A DNA stretch of 64,000 nt. Origin: Leucoraja ocellata. Taxonomy: Eukaryota. The notes beneath the pieces were generated by a model. It made no database searches. It was not told the DNA's origin and worked only from the letters and a program-made list of their open reading frames with translations. The stretch spans positions 372,001 to 436,000 of the forward strand of contig JAWMAR010000726.1 of the NCBI GenBank assembly GCA_036785375.1. The letters run 5' to 3'. The position numbers and the translations under genes were made by a program. Positions 12,050-24,276 of this stretch are shown here, piece after piece (within the stretch, counting starts at the first letter, position 1; each line of letters begins with the position of its first letter).

Positions 12050-12901
12050 GGTAAACCCTCGTTATAACTGACCATGGGGAGGGGGGATGGTGTCCGTTAC
12101 TGCCGATTGACCGCTATAACAGAGTAAAGGATTACCGAGCAAGAGTATCATTGCACGAGAAGTAGAAAAAAAAACTGCAGATGCTGGTTAATACACAAAA
12201 GCGCTGGAGTAGTGGATTAACTCAGCAGGTCAGGCACTGTCTCTAGAGAACATGGATAGGTGATGTTTCACGTCGAGACCCTTGTTCAGACTCTCGGTGA
12301 GCTGGCGGCCGAGGGAGAAGTGAGGATCGGCGGAGTCATTGGTCGCGGGGTGTGGGCAGCCGGACAGGTGTGGGTTGGCAGTGGTGGTGGCAGTGGTAAG
12401 CGTGGCCTGGAAGCGGCCGAGGAGGCTGAGTGGGCCGGCAGTGGCGTCAGTAGGTCCGGCCTGGGAGGCGGCGGGGAGGCAGTGCGGGCCGGGTTTGTCT
12501 GCGGCAGTCCAGCCTGGCTGTGAAGGTTGGTGGGACTGGTCTGGAAGCAGCTGGGGCGGGGGTGAGGATTGGCGCCAGCTTCGGTGGTCCTGGCCTCAGA
12601 GAGGCCAGGTGAATGTTGGCACTGCGTCTCCGAGTGCCGCTGCGGGTCTGGGGTATTGTGGCAGACAGATGCGCGGCGCAATCCAGCGGTGGGTCCGAAT
12701 CTGAAACGCCACCTATCCATACTCTCCAGAGATGCTGCTGAGCCCGCTGAATGACTCCAGCACGTTGTGTCATTCATCATTGCATTGTAACCAGCAACCT
12801 GCGTTCTCAAAGAGACAGCGGTGACTGATTATTGTGGAGATGCACCACCCACTAGAACTGAAATCCATTATGAGGAGGTCTGCAATAACAAGGGTTTACT
12901 G
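12050..12901. mobile_element. Tc1/mariner Tigger-like MITE with nested insertions
   Basis: TIRs GTAAACCCTCGTTAT / ATAACAAGGGTTTACTG, followed by TA. Related copy at 25868-26240. Confidence 0.6.
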
Positions 12902-13539
12902 TATTTTCACAAAGTTCAGGTTCAGCAGAATGTGATAAGGATAAAATAATTGCCAGTTAAATGATTAGAAAAGTCAAAATTTATGGTAGATAAATAGAAT
13001 ACCATTGAAACACTGTGATCAAAAGTCTTTAATAGGAAATGAGCAGAATGGTGACATGATGCAGCCAAACGTTGCAGTTTGATCGAATGGGTCATTTGCA
13101 ATGATCATTTTTAAATTAGTCAGCGCACATTGAAGGTTGTGATTATTCCAGGCTCACAATATCAATGTTCCTTAGATCAGTGTGTAGGTTCAACCATTTT
13201 CAGCAGCTCATCTTTTCCATCAAAGGGTCCGATGTAGGGACATTCACCAAATGCTTACACACTGTTCATTTTTATTTGCTACTCTTCACCTTCAGCTACT
13301 GACGCATTTCCAGATTGTGTGCAGTTTAACGGAGGTAACATTCAGCCATGGGCTCAACAGTGGCAAGGAGCATTCACATTAGGCAATGACTACCTCCAAC
13401 AAGAGTCTACCCACTTACTCTTGACATTCAATGCCATAAGGAGTGCCAAGTTCTCCTAACATCTGAAGCGATGGGGGAGGAAAGGGGGGGGGGGGGGGGG
13501 GGGGGAGAGGGGAAAGTCATCATAAAGTCAGTTGAATAA

Positions 13540-13960
13540 GCTAAACCGAATAAGGATGTGTTGGCATTGGAGAGGGTCCAGAGGTGGTTCATGAGAATGA
13601 TCCTGGGGTGCAATTGGCTTAACGTATGGTGGACAACTGATGGCTCTGGGCCTGTACTTGCTGCAGTTTAGAGGCACAACCTCAGAATAGAAAATACATA
13701 CCTTTAGAAAGGAGACGAGGGGGAATTTCTTTAGCCACAGTGGTAAATCTGTGGAATTCATTGCCACAGGTGGCTGTGGAGGCCATTGGGTATTTTTGAA
13801 GTGGAGATTGACAAGTTCTTGATTAGTAAGAGTGTCAAAGGCTACAGGGAGAAGGCAGGAGAATGGGGTTCAGATGGAAAAAGAGATCACCCATGATTGA
13901 ATGGAGCCGTTATCGAATGGCAGAGTAAGCTCGACGGGTAATTCTCCTATGACTTATAAA
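13540..13960 (+). mobile_element. Decayed CR1 3' end
   Basis: Remnants of KDVLALERVQR.F.RMI.G and VNLWNSLPQVAVEA. Confidence 0.75.
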
Positions 13961-14615
13961 TGTAATATGGCTACCAGAGCATGTCAGAAGCTGGGTATAG
14001 AAAGAGTCTGAGGTAGGCAAAAGTGCTGGAGAAACTCAGCAGGTGCAGCAGCATCTATGGAGCGAAGGAAATAGGCAGCGTTTTGAGCCGAAACCCTTCA
14101 GAGTCTGAAAGGTTGTTGAAAACCAGGTGACGTAGGTATAAATACCATGGCTATACGAGGCTGGGTATTCTGCAGAAGCAATTCACCTTGTGACACCACA
14201 AAGTCTTCCTATGAAGCACGTCAGTGGTGTGACATCATTTTGCCACCTGTCTGGAGGAGTGCAACATCAGAAACGCACTCAGCTCAGCACCATCCACAAC
14301 ACAGCAATCTGGAATGTCTGTAGCCAATTCCAACACCACAAATATTCATTTCTTCCACATTTAACACAAAAATACACTTCAGTCACTCACCCAGGCTACT
14401 GCCAAATGTACGACCTTTACCTGAAACCTTTTGCCTGCAAAGGTATGTGGAAAATTCCTGAAAGATCAAAGTCACACACAATCCCAACATGGACAATAGA
14501 CAATAGGTCCAGGCCCTTAGGCCATTCAATGTGATCATGGCTGATCATCCCCAATCAGTACCCCGTTCCTGCCTTCTCCCCATATCCCCTGACTCCGCTA
14601 TTTTTAAGAGCCTTA

Positions 14616-14847
14616 TGCCCCTGTCCCACTTAAGAAACCTGAACGGAAACCTCTGGAGACTTTGCGCCCCACCCAAGGTTTCCGTGCGGTTCCCGGCGGT
14701 TTTTGTCAGTCACCCTACCTGCAACCTCCGGAAACCACCTGCAACCTCCGGGAACCACCTGCAACCTCCGGGAACCTCACGGAAACCTTGGGTGGGGCGC
14801 AACGTCTCCAGATTTACCGTTCAGGTTTCCTAAGTGGGACAGGGGCA
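14616..14847. mobile_element. Harbinger MITE inserted in a CR1 tail (~14495-14960)
   Basis: TGCCCCTGTCCCACTTA / TAAGTGGGACAGGGGCA TIRs extending ~70 bp. TTA target duplication. Three internal 20-bp repeats. The CR1 sequence is continuous once the MITE is removed. Confidence 0.88.
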
Positions 14848-17819
14848 TTATCTAGCTCTCTCTTGAAAGCGTCCAGAGAACCCGCCTCCACCGTCCTCTG
14901 AGGCAGAGAATTCCACAGACTCACCACTCTCTGTGAGAAAAAGTGTTTCCTCGTCTCCGTTCCAGTGATGGAGCCATCACCGTTCCTTTCAGTCCAGGAC
15001 TCATTCCCTGTAGTGCCATGGAAGTACCCTTACGAGGATTGCAACAGTTCCGGGGAACAGCTCACTAGCCTGAACACAAGACACAGCCAGGTTAACAAAT
15101 AGGATCCACGAACAAAACACAAAATGCCGGAGTAACTCAGCGAGTCAGGTAGCATTTGTGGAGGGAATGGATTGGCAAAGTTTCAGATCAGGACCCTTCT
15201 TCAGGCTGATTATGGCGGGAAAAAGAGAGGTGGGGAGAGGACAAAGTTGATGAATTTGAATTGCAGATGAGATTTATGCTTATGAAACATGTAAGGAATC
15301 ATTAGACGGCATCTTTGAATTCTTCCAAGTCAAAGTATACAAGGAAGTTGCTGTATTACCACCCAGTAGAGCACAAGGGAGGGGAAAGCTAATCAACTAT
15401 AAATTGTAAGTCACTAGCAGGTAGCAAAAGTAGCAAAGAAGCATCACAAAGTTAATAACTGGAGGTCTTGATAGATACATGGACAATACTTTTCAGTTAA
15501 AAAACTTTAATCCTCCATGGAAATTATACGACACCATGTTAAAAACTTAAACTAAGCACTTCTGTAAAAACCCTCAAAGGTAAATTGATAAACTATGTGT
15601 AGTTTTAAACATAATTTAATCTCATAGACTAGTGGTTTAGACCGAGTGAAAAATCATGTCCTCAGATTTAAAGTTTAAAAGAGTAAATTAAATTAAAAAA
15701 AAAAATGAATAAGAGAACAAACTTGACTAAACACATTTGTCTATAGAATAACAATTGGGTCAAATGGCCTACTTCTACTCTACTGATTCATTAACTAAAT
15801 TGCTGTCCAAATACTTCAGTTAGGCTTGGAAAACCAAATTTGGATAAGGATTAAAAAATAAGGATTACATGTGAAGGAGGTGAATCAGCATGGAATTGTT
15901 AGGAAGGACGAGTTATAAAAGTTACAATGACATTCAGCGATGTATTCATTTTCATTCCAACAAAGGAGACTAGAAGTCAAAGGACAATTGAGGTACCAGT
16001 TGATTGGTAGTTGTTTAAAGATGTGCTAACAATTATTTTAAAATTGACCTGCTTACTGTGGAGTGCTAATAAATAGCTATAGGTTTTAAATAGACCAGGA
16101 TCAAGTATACACACAGGCAATGCGATGAGAGAAAAACAAACCATGATGTTAATCTCAAAACTGTTTTTAGTTTAGATTTATTTGGGTTTAAAATTAACTC
16201 TGATCCATACCAAACACAGCCAGTCAATGAATTTGACTTCATTTTTTTGTCTGTTCTATCAACTTGACCTGAACCCAAGACATAATCTGAAGCAGGTCTG
16301 GTTAAGTTGCCAGTCTCAATTCTTGGGATTTATGAAACATTGGGGTCCCGGGAAGGAATGATAACAGCTGAGAAGGTTATAAATAAAATTCAAGTGAAGA
16401 ACCCAGTTCCCCATGATTTAAAGCATGAACTGGAGGGAACAAAAAAGACAAAGTGGAAACTTTATGAAGTACAACAAATCCCACTGATATTAATTGAAAT
16501 AAAATTGCCTTTAAAGATTGTTCCAAGAAAATACATAGCTCGGAGAAAAGTGAACGATTAATGAATAACATGAGGAAATCCTCATCTTTAAAGGTGCCAG
16601 GTTTCTTAGAGGGTAAAATGTTCAGGTGTTGTGAATGTCTTTCAGCCTCCATCTATAATTTACTCTGACCTAAACAAATTACAGGAATTGTTTAATACTA
16701 AAATTATCACAGACATACCCTATAGCTACAAGACGCCAGAAAGTTTGCTAATAGTATAGGAAATTTTGACTGGTGTTAAACTGCCATTTAGTGACATGAT
16801 ACCATATTTTCAATATTGTGTGATATTTCTATGAAATGTATATTATTTTATTTAACATTTGACCAGTTCGTATTTGTATGCATAACAATCAAATATGTGT
16901 GTGATGAGTCGATGAACTGATTTAGAATAGTCAAGGTGTAATCGAGTTAAAGATATTTTGCAACATATGCTGGAAGAATGTTTCCTAGAATGAGAAAAAA
17001 AGGTGATTTCTAGCAATTATAGCAAATCTTATACTTAAAAGTATTTTGATTGATATTAGTACCAGAAAGAGGTAATGGAAACTTGATAGTGATAGTTAAC
17101 TAATACAATCAAGGAGAATAAAATCAAATTCTTTGTCTCAGAAAAAAATAAATTGGGACAATAAAAAATAACTTGCAGATTCCACTAAAGATGGACAGAT
17201 TAGATTGTCACTAAATTACAACTACCACTTCAAGATTAAAGGTATTATTATATACCTTTAATTATTATTATAACTTTGATTATATAAAGATTTCACATTG
17301 AACAAACATTCAGCTTTGATAAAATATTACACACCGGACTTACAGTTAGAGTATCAATTTTAGGCTAAGCACAAGGAAGAATTGAGTGTCACACAGCGGA
17401 ACAGACAGAAGGTACATTACAAACAAGCTTGAGAAGCACAAATCAGAGTCTAAGGCATTACACAGAATGCTTTTACATGATTTTAACAACTAAAATCCAT
17501 CCGAGAGCACAAAATGGTTATTACTCTGTACTGACAAAAGTTTGTAGCATATCATTGTAAACTTGAAAAATGAGATTAAGATTTGTGATAGCTTGACAAA
17601 ATGTATTATCTTTGTATTATTGGATGTGGCCAAATAAATAGTTATGTGATGTGCAACGTGTTGCATCAATTCAAATATTATTAGGGGATCAGGTACAAAA
17701 CAAGGTTTAAGTTGCCACATGATGCCATGTTTGCTTCATTGCTATGCCAGAATCTCTTGAGTTATAGATATCACATCCTGACTGTGAAGAAAGTGTAGTT
17801 ACATTTACAGTGCACATGC

Positions 17820-18130
17820 AGTGGTGCATCTGGTAGAGCTGCTGCCTCACAGCGTCAGAGATCCAGGCTCAATCCTGACCACGGGTGCTGCTTGCATGTT
17901 CTCCTGCGACTGACTGGGTTTCCTCCGGGTGGTCCGGTTTCCTTCCACATCCTGACAAAGAGCGGGTTTGTAGGTTAATTGGCATCTGTAAATTGCTCTT
18001 ATTGTTTCTTGTGTCCTATTGTGGATGCAAAAATAACATAGAACTAGTGGGAATGGATGATGGATGGTTGGCGTGGACTTAGTGGGCCAAAGGGCCTGTC
18101 CTCATGCTGTATCTTTCAATCAAGCAATCA
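17820..18130 (+). mobile_element. tRNA-derived SINE (HE1/V-SINE-like)
   Basis: A/B-box-like head, V-domain-like TTTCCTCCC..AAAGAC core, and a GGGCCAAAGGGCCTGT tail shared with CR1. Confidence 0.8.
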
Positions 18131-19995
18131 AAAATCTCACTTTTAAGCAAGTCATTATAAAACACAAGGACAGGATGCTAGACTGTGAGACACAGAGATT
18201 ATAAAGCTAGGAAACAAAATCACCTAAATTAATTTGTTCAGAAAAGGTAGAATATGGAACAGCTTCTGTGAAGTATAGATTTTAATATACATGTCATTTT
18301 TCTTACTAATATCAAAATCCCATTTTAAAAGCACACACACACACACTTCAATCACCATTCAATCCATCTTGCACCAAGAAGGCAGAAAAGACTATAGTCG
18401 GGAAACATAACATACTTGTGTTCCTAGCACACGCAGAATGGATATTTGAATGTGCATCCTTCCAGATTTGTTTATACATTTTAATGGGGATAAAGTAGAG
18501 CAGATTGTGCAATAGGTGTGCTCACTTCTATTTTAGGCAAAGTGGATTCTTACAACCAAATAACCCACTAAAGCCAAAGCTTCCATCACCTGTAGTTCCT
18601 GTGTCTCCAAAGCCAAATGTGTACCGATGTTGGGATAGGATTCAAAGGAACAATTCAGAATGCAAGGCCAACTATTCGAATGGAACTGGAGGTTGCCAGC
18701 AATTACTTGCATGATTATATCTTTAGTGACCACTAACTAATATCAAGTATGTCACACAGTTGATAAGCATTCTGCATGTAAATTTAACAGAATAAAATAC
18801 CAACTAACATTAGAAATCTGCCCAAAGAAAGACACAAAATGTTGGAGTATCTCAGTAGGTCAGGCAGCAACGCTGGAGAAAAGGAATATGTGATGGTTTG
18901 GGCAATGACCCTTCTTCAGACTGAGTCAGGGGAGAGGGAAACTAAAGATATGCACAGAGGGGGAGCAGTGGGTGAGGGTGTTGCAGAACTTAGAGAGGAG
19001 AACTTCTTCAAAATAGGCATATCTTGAGGAGACTTTGCAGTGGAGCAGACAAAATGTGTAGAAAGGAACTGCAGATGCCTGAAATAGGAAAACGTTCTGT
19101 GTTTATAAATGTTAAACCACACATGAAAGCCATTAACATACTTGTTTACTCAATTAATGATTTTAGGTTGCTTGGATAGTAGACACATCTATTGCATGTA
19201 TCAACAAACACAAGTATATATGTTTCTATAATACAAAACATAGGTTTAGATCAGATCTAAAATTGACATTGACAACTATTTTCTACTAATATAACATTTA
19301 CAATAGTATCCATTTCATCTCACTCTATCCTGAAGGGTCAGTTTCAGAACAATACGACTTACTTCAGATCATCTATGTTATAACAAGTGCAACCCCAAAC
19401 TACTGTCGTTTGTCCAATAACTTGACCTGATCCTCACATATTTATATATATTTTAAGCATTGCTTCTTTATTGCAAATGATAATCAATGCATTTTTCCCC
19501 TCGCCTGATGCAAGTTGAACATGATTGATAGAGCATGCTATGTCCAAGCCAAGAACAAGCAGCACAGAAGCAGCAACCAAATGATCTGCCTGGTCGACTT
19601 GGATAAAGACTCAACCAACGAGGTAGAGTTTTTTTAAAAAGAAATAAGATAGACATGCTAGAAATATTTTGGACAAGATGATCATTTAATATTTTTAAGT
19701 GAAAGCACGAAATACCCTACAAAAAGAGTGCAGATTGAGGAAATAAAATTTGTACACAGGTAACTTTATTGAGAAGAACAGCATCTTAAACCATCATCTT
19801 ACACGTCTGCCAATCTGAGTTCACAAGTAACACAGTCCTCGTTAGTTTGCTGCAAGGAGCTAGAACAATTGAAAATGAAGTTGGGAACTTTACACATCTC
19901 ATGTATAGCAGCAATGGTCCATGTCCACACTAAATACAATTTGAACTGCCATACATGCAATAGTCATGATTTAAAAAGGAATCAACCCAGATGTG

Positions 19996-20345
19996 TTAAG
20001 TCCATCGACATTTTTTCCGTTGGCAAGTTTCCGCGTCTGCTGTGGAAGAGCTGTCAGAATCGCTTCCCGATGAGTTGTTTGCAGCCTCATTGCCACTGCT
20101 TTCTTGATTCATTGAGAGAACCCAACCCAACTGATTGCGGAGCATGCGCTTCAGACCTGGGGGTAGCGGAAGAACCTCCAATTTGTCAATGTGTTCAGGC
20201 ACGAGCTGTTGGAGCCGCAGACAGCAAAGATACTGGAGAGAAGTCGGGGAGAAACATGAACGTATCACCTTCATACTACTTCTTGCTGCAGTTGAACAAA
20301 CCATTGGAAAAAACTTTTTGTTTTGCAGTTTGGTGGCTGCCATTC
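19996..20345 (-). CDS. SPSB3: SPSB3 last coding exon (end of SPRY domain plus SOCS box)
   Basis: [55 protein letters not shown]. Confidence 0.96.
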
Positions 20346-21161
20346 CTTTATAAAGAGAAAAAAATCTATTAATGCCAGCTAAGTGCACAGATACTATTAT
20401 TATACAATATTTAACAATACATCAAATATTTGAGATTACTGAAAGTGCAAGTCATTGAAATGCTCGCAGTTAAGATTTTGCCAGGAAGACTCCAAATTTA
20501 AAAAAAAAAAATGCAAATATTGCCAAATTCATAATTTTCTCCATAAACAATCAGGCAGTTTGCCACATAATATGAAACTTTGAAAGGATAAATGATTTTC
20601 AACAGAATAAAGAAATAACGTGATCAAAAATGTTTTCAAAACTTTAAAAATCTGCAATCAAAACTGAACATTTACTCCCAAAATCTGAAAAAAACTATCG
20701 TCCTTTACATAATACATACATTTAGAAAACTTAATTTTAATTTTTTTTTAATATGGAGAGCTGCACTTTTGGAAGTATCTAAAGTGGTACCACCCACCAA
20801 TTTATTGTTTTCACCATACATTACATTTTAAAGTGCAATTGTCAAAGCTGTTCAGTTGGTTTGTTTTCAGGTCTCCAGCAATATAAGGGATTCCATGTGA
20901 ACATTTAAGGTTTTGCAAGTTCATCAGTTATCCAGGCCACTTGGATTGTATATTACAGAAACAAATATCAAACCTTACAGTATCAAAGTCTATCTCATTC
21001 CTGTTGCCTTTGGCGATTACAGAGTATATAATTTAAATCTCTAACGGCAAGTACTTCATTATTTTACATTTTTGAATCAAAATTTATGTTTTTGATCAAC
21101 CATTCCAATAGGTCAGCATCCTAGAGCACCTGATAATAACAATAGATAACACCAGTATTTA

Positions 21162-21306
21162 CTCGTCAGTATTGACCCGTCTGAGGAAGGGTCTCGACCC
21201 GAAACGTTATCCATTCCTTCTCTCCAGAGAAGCTGCCTGTCCCGCTGAGTTACTCCAGCATTTTATGTCTACCTTCGATTTAAACCAGCATCTGCAGTTC
21301 TTTCCT
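21162..21306 (+). mobile_element. Short Penelope-LTR-derived element with a hammerhead core (21181-21209)
   Basis: CTGAGGA-A-GGGT-CTCG-ACCC-GAAA-CGTT. ACACCAGTATTTA is duplicated at 21149-21161 and 21307-21319. Confidence 0.75.
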
Positions 21307-21376
21307 ACACCAGTATTTATTATTTCATTTAAGATTCAGGCCATGTAAAATTAAGCTACATAAAGCTAGGTCATAC

Positions 21377-21502
21377 CTATGCATTTCCTGTTTTTGAAGA
21401 ACGTCAAGACACCATGCCACGTATCCAGATGAATACCTATGATGGAGCCCTGACCGAATCTTGTTGAGAAGTGACTCTTAGCACCTTTGTGATGTAGAAC
21501 AC
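21377..21502 (-). CDS. SPSB3: SPSB3 coding exon (126 nt, phase 1-1)
   Basis: [41 protein letters not shown], with ttgtAG acceptor and GTATGA donor. Confidence 0.95.
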
Positions 21503-22412
21503 CTACAAAAAAATGTACATGTTTTTAAAAAAATCCAAGAAGCTTAGATATTTTTCAAAATGATCAAACACAAGATGGTTAAATAAATATTACACGTAAT
21601 ATATTGCAATGATAATTCGCCGCATTTGAAAAAAACTTGTGGATCTTAACTATGCTCAAAATGTAGAGGTTTCAGATTTTCTTTAACGTGGGTTCGATAT
21701 AAGAAAATGTGGTCCTTTTCTCAAGGATGTTTAAGAGTTACCAGAGAATGGGGACATACATATTTTGGGCAGATAATTTATCTTGTAAGAGCACGATTCC
21801 AATTCATTGTAATCTCAAATGTGAGTTTTGTCAAAAGAACACTATTCTTAGAATATAGCTTTATCAGTGCTCAGTTGATTCCTTTCACAGTTGGACTCCG
21901 AGTGTGCTGACAGTGGAAACAATTTGCACAACAAGAAGATTGAAATAGATTAGTCAGGTGAGCAACAAATGGAATTCAAACCTGAAGAAAAGGCATCTGG
22001 TTAGGGCAAGTATGTTGAAAGAATACATCGCACATGATTTGAAACTGAGACTTATCAAGGAACCGAAAACAAGAGATGTACATGTTGGCAAATCTCTTTA
22101 GAAGGCAGGGCTAATGGATGACATTGATGGCTTCAGGCAAGTTACAGGATGCTTTATCAAAAGGGACATTGGAATAACTGTAGGGAGGTCACGCTGATAT
22201 CAAATAATGAACTATTTTACTTAATTACATTTGTTTTGATTATAGTATCACAAACAGAAAGAGATGGTTGCAAGATGTTGGCAAAATTGAAAAGCATTTA
22301 GTCTAAGCTGGTGTTCGTTAATTACAATAATAAAGGAGATATAATCAAGGCATAAGATGATGTGGCTAATATGATGTAAATAGCAAGGATCTTTCCCCCC
22401 ACAGATGAGTAG

Positions 22413-22720
22413 TGGTGGCACGATGGTGCAGCGGTAGAGCTGCTGCTTTACTGTGCCAGAGACCCGGGTTTAATACTGTCTACGGGTGCTGTCTGTACAC
22501 AGTTTGCATGTTCTCCCTATGACCACATGAGTTTTCTCCGGGTGCTATGGCTTCCACCCACACTCCAAAGACGTACAGGTATGTAGGTTAAATGGCTTCG
22601 GAAAAATTATAAATTGTCCCTAGAATGTAGGATAGCGTTAGTATATAGGGTGATCGCTGGTCAGCGCGGACTTGGGTGCTCTGAAACGCTTGTTCCCACG
22701 CTGCCTCTCTAAAGTCTAAA
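22413..22720 (+). mobile_element. tRNA-derived SINE (HE1-like)
   Basis: Same head, core and tail as 61083-61397. Confidence 0.85.
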
Positions 22721-23195
22721 GAGTAGTTAGTGAATCACTGAGGGATAGCCTGAGTGATTCACTACTCATCTATGAGAAATAGCTCCTTGCTAATTATCCC
22801 ATGTTGCCCATCCATAATTTATATAATAATTAGACGGAACAGTGCCAATTGAAATGTTTTTAAATATATTTAAAATATTAATAATTAAAATATTATTAAA
22901 AACGGTTTAACAATTCTGCCTGAAAAGGTCATCACATTTAAATGACAACTGCTTTAGCACTTGAAGAGCAATAACCTATATGGCTTTGTAACAGTAGGCA
23001 CAGGTAAGAGTTAACATGTCAATGAGTCAACACCAGTGTGTATTCTAATTCTCTAAAGATACGCCATTTTAAATATAAAATGGGGGACTGGTATTCTCCA
23101 TTTGAAAACGGACAAAGTTTTCCATAACAGTAGGTAGACAAAATGCTAGAGTAACTCAGCGGGACAGGCAGCATCTCTGGAGAGAAGGAATGGGT

Positions 23196-23223
23196 GACGT
23201 TTCGGGCAGAGACCCTTCTTCAG
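23196..23223 (-). ncRNA. Minimal type-I hammerhead ribozyme core within a Penelope-derived insertion (23133-23229)
   Basis: Minus strand reads CTGAAGA-A-GGGT-CTCT-GCCC-GAAA-CGTC. All core nucleotides are present and helix II has 4 bp (one G-U). Helices I and III are very short, so activity is unproven. Confidence 0.6.
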
Positions 23224-23240
23224 ACTGATCATAATAGTAC

Positions 23241-23343
23241 CTGTATAGGAGAGACCCCAACTATTTTCATCCTTTCCCAATAAGCTGCAAAAGGTGTGGC
23301 GAAATTTGTCCAGTTTGACATCAGTTGTTCCTATTCCTACCAT
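23241..23343 (-). CDS. SPSB3: SPSB3 coding exon
   Basis: [34 protein letters not shown], with tttAG acceptor and GTACTA donor. Confidence 0.95.
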
Positions 23344-24276
23344 CTAAATGGTGCACAAAAATGAGAGGTTAGGCAAACTAACAAATATTCAAGTTGCTAT
23401 GGTTGGAGGTACTCAAAGAATGCAATTGAAAACATTGTCACAGCAATCATAAAAACATAATTTTCCTGCATCTTTCTTTAACAGAAACCATCATTTATTT
23501 GATGCAATAGTAATTGTAAACAAATTTATTGCAATCAAATATTACAATCTTAACACACGCAAACATTTGACAATATTAAAAATTGACCAAAGGCTTGATC
23601 AGAGGAGGTCGATTTTAACGAACAACTTGGGGTGGAAAAGCTAAAATGCAGCTACTTTCAGAGTCAGGATAAAAGAGGGGAAATTCAGACAAATGACAAA
23701 CATGAACAGGGATTAATTGCAGAAAATTCCCTTAAATTTTTTTATGTGCAAAGGCTTAATAAAAACTTAATAAAAGGCAGCCAAAACATCAAGAGACTAA
23801 CATTAACATCAATGGAACTTTAGATTCACTTTTTTTAAATTAACATTTTATTGAACCTTAAAGATCCAAGTTGAGTCACTCAATATCAAAAACATTTCAA
23901 CTTGATGTTAGTTTTCCACAAATGTTAAATAACAACTTGATATCTCTCACTGCTTACAAATATATTAAATTATTTGAATAGATTCCAGATTTAAGTTCAA
24001 ATTGGATTGTTTTATTTGACCAAATGTGTATTACTGGGCAGCCAAAGACCTTTCAACACTAATTCAGTGTTAAATTCAGTTCTGATAAATCTTGGACTGA
24101 AGGTAGAATATTATAATCTTCTGATGTTGATAAATTGGCCGTGCAATATAGAACTTTAGCTTACAAGTTGAAATTGAACATTCATTTTAACTGACTATAT
24201 TATGATAACTAATGTCAAGACTGATGCAAATATTATTACAATTTGATTAAAATATATATTTATATACACACACACA

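Noticed and set aside
15500-19990. Additional gene in the AT-rich stretch between EME2 and SPSB3
   Set aside because: Only short non-homologous ORFs. More likely SPSB3 3' UTR or intergenic DNA, with minus-strand AATAAA near 19467 and 19765.
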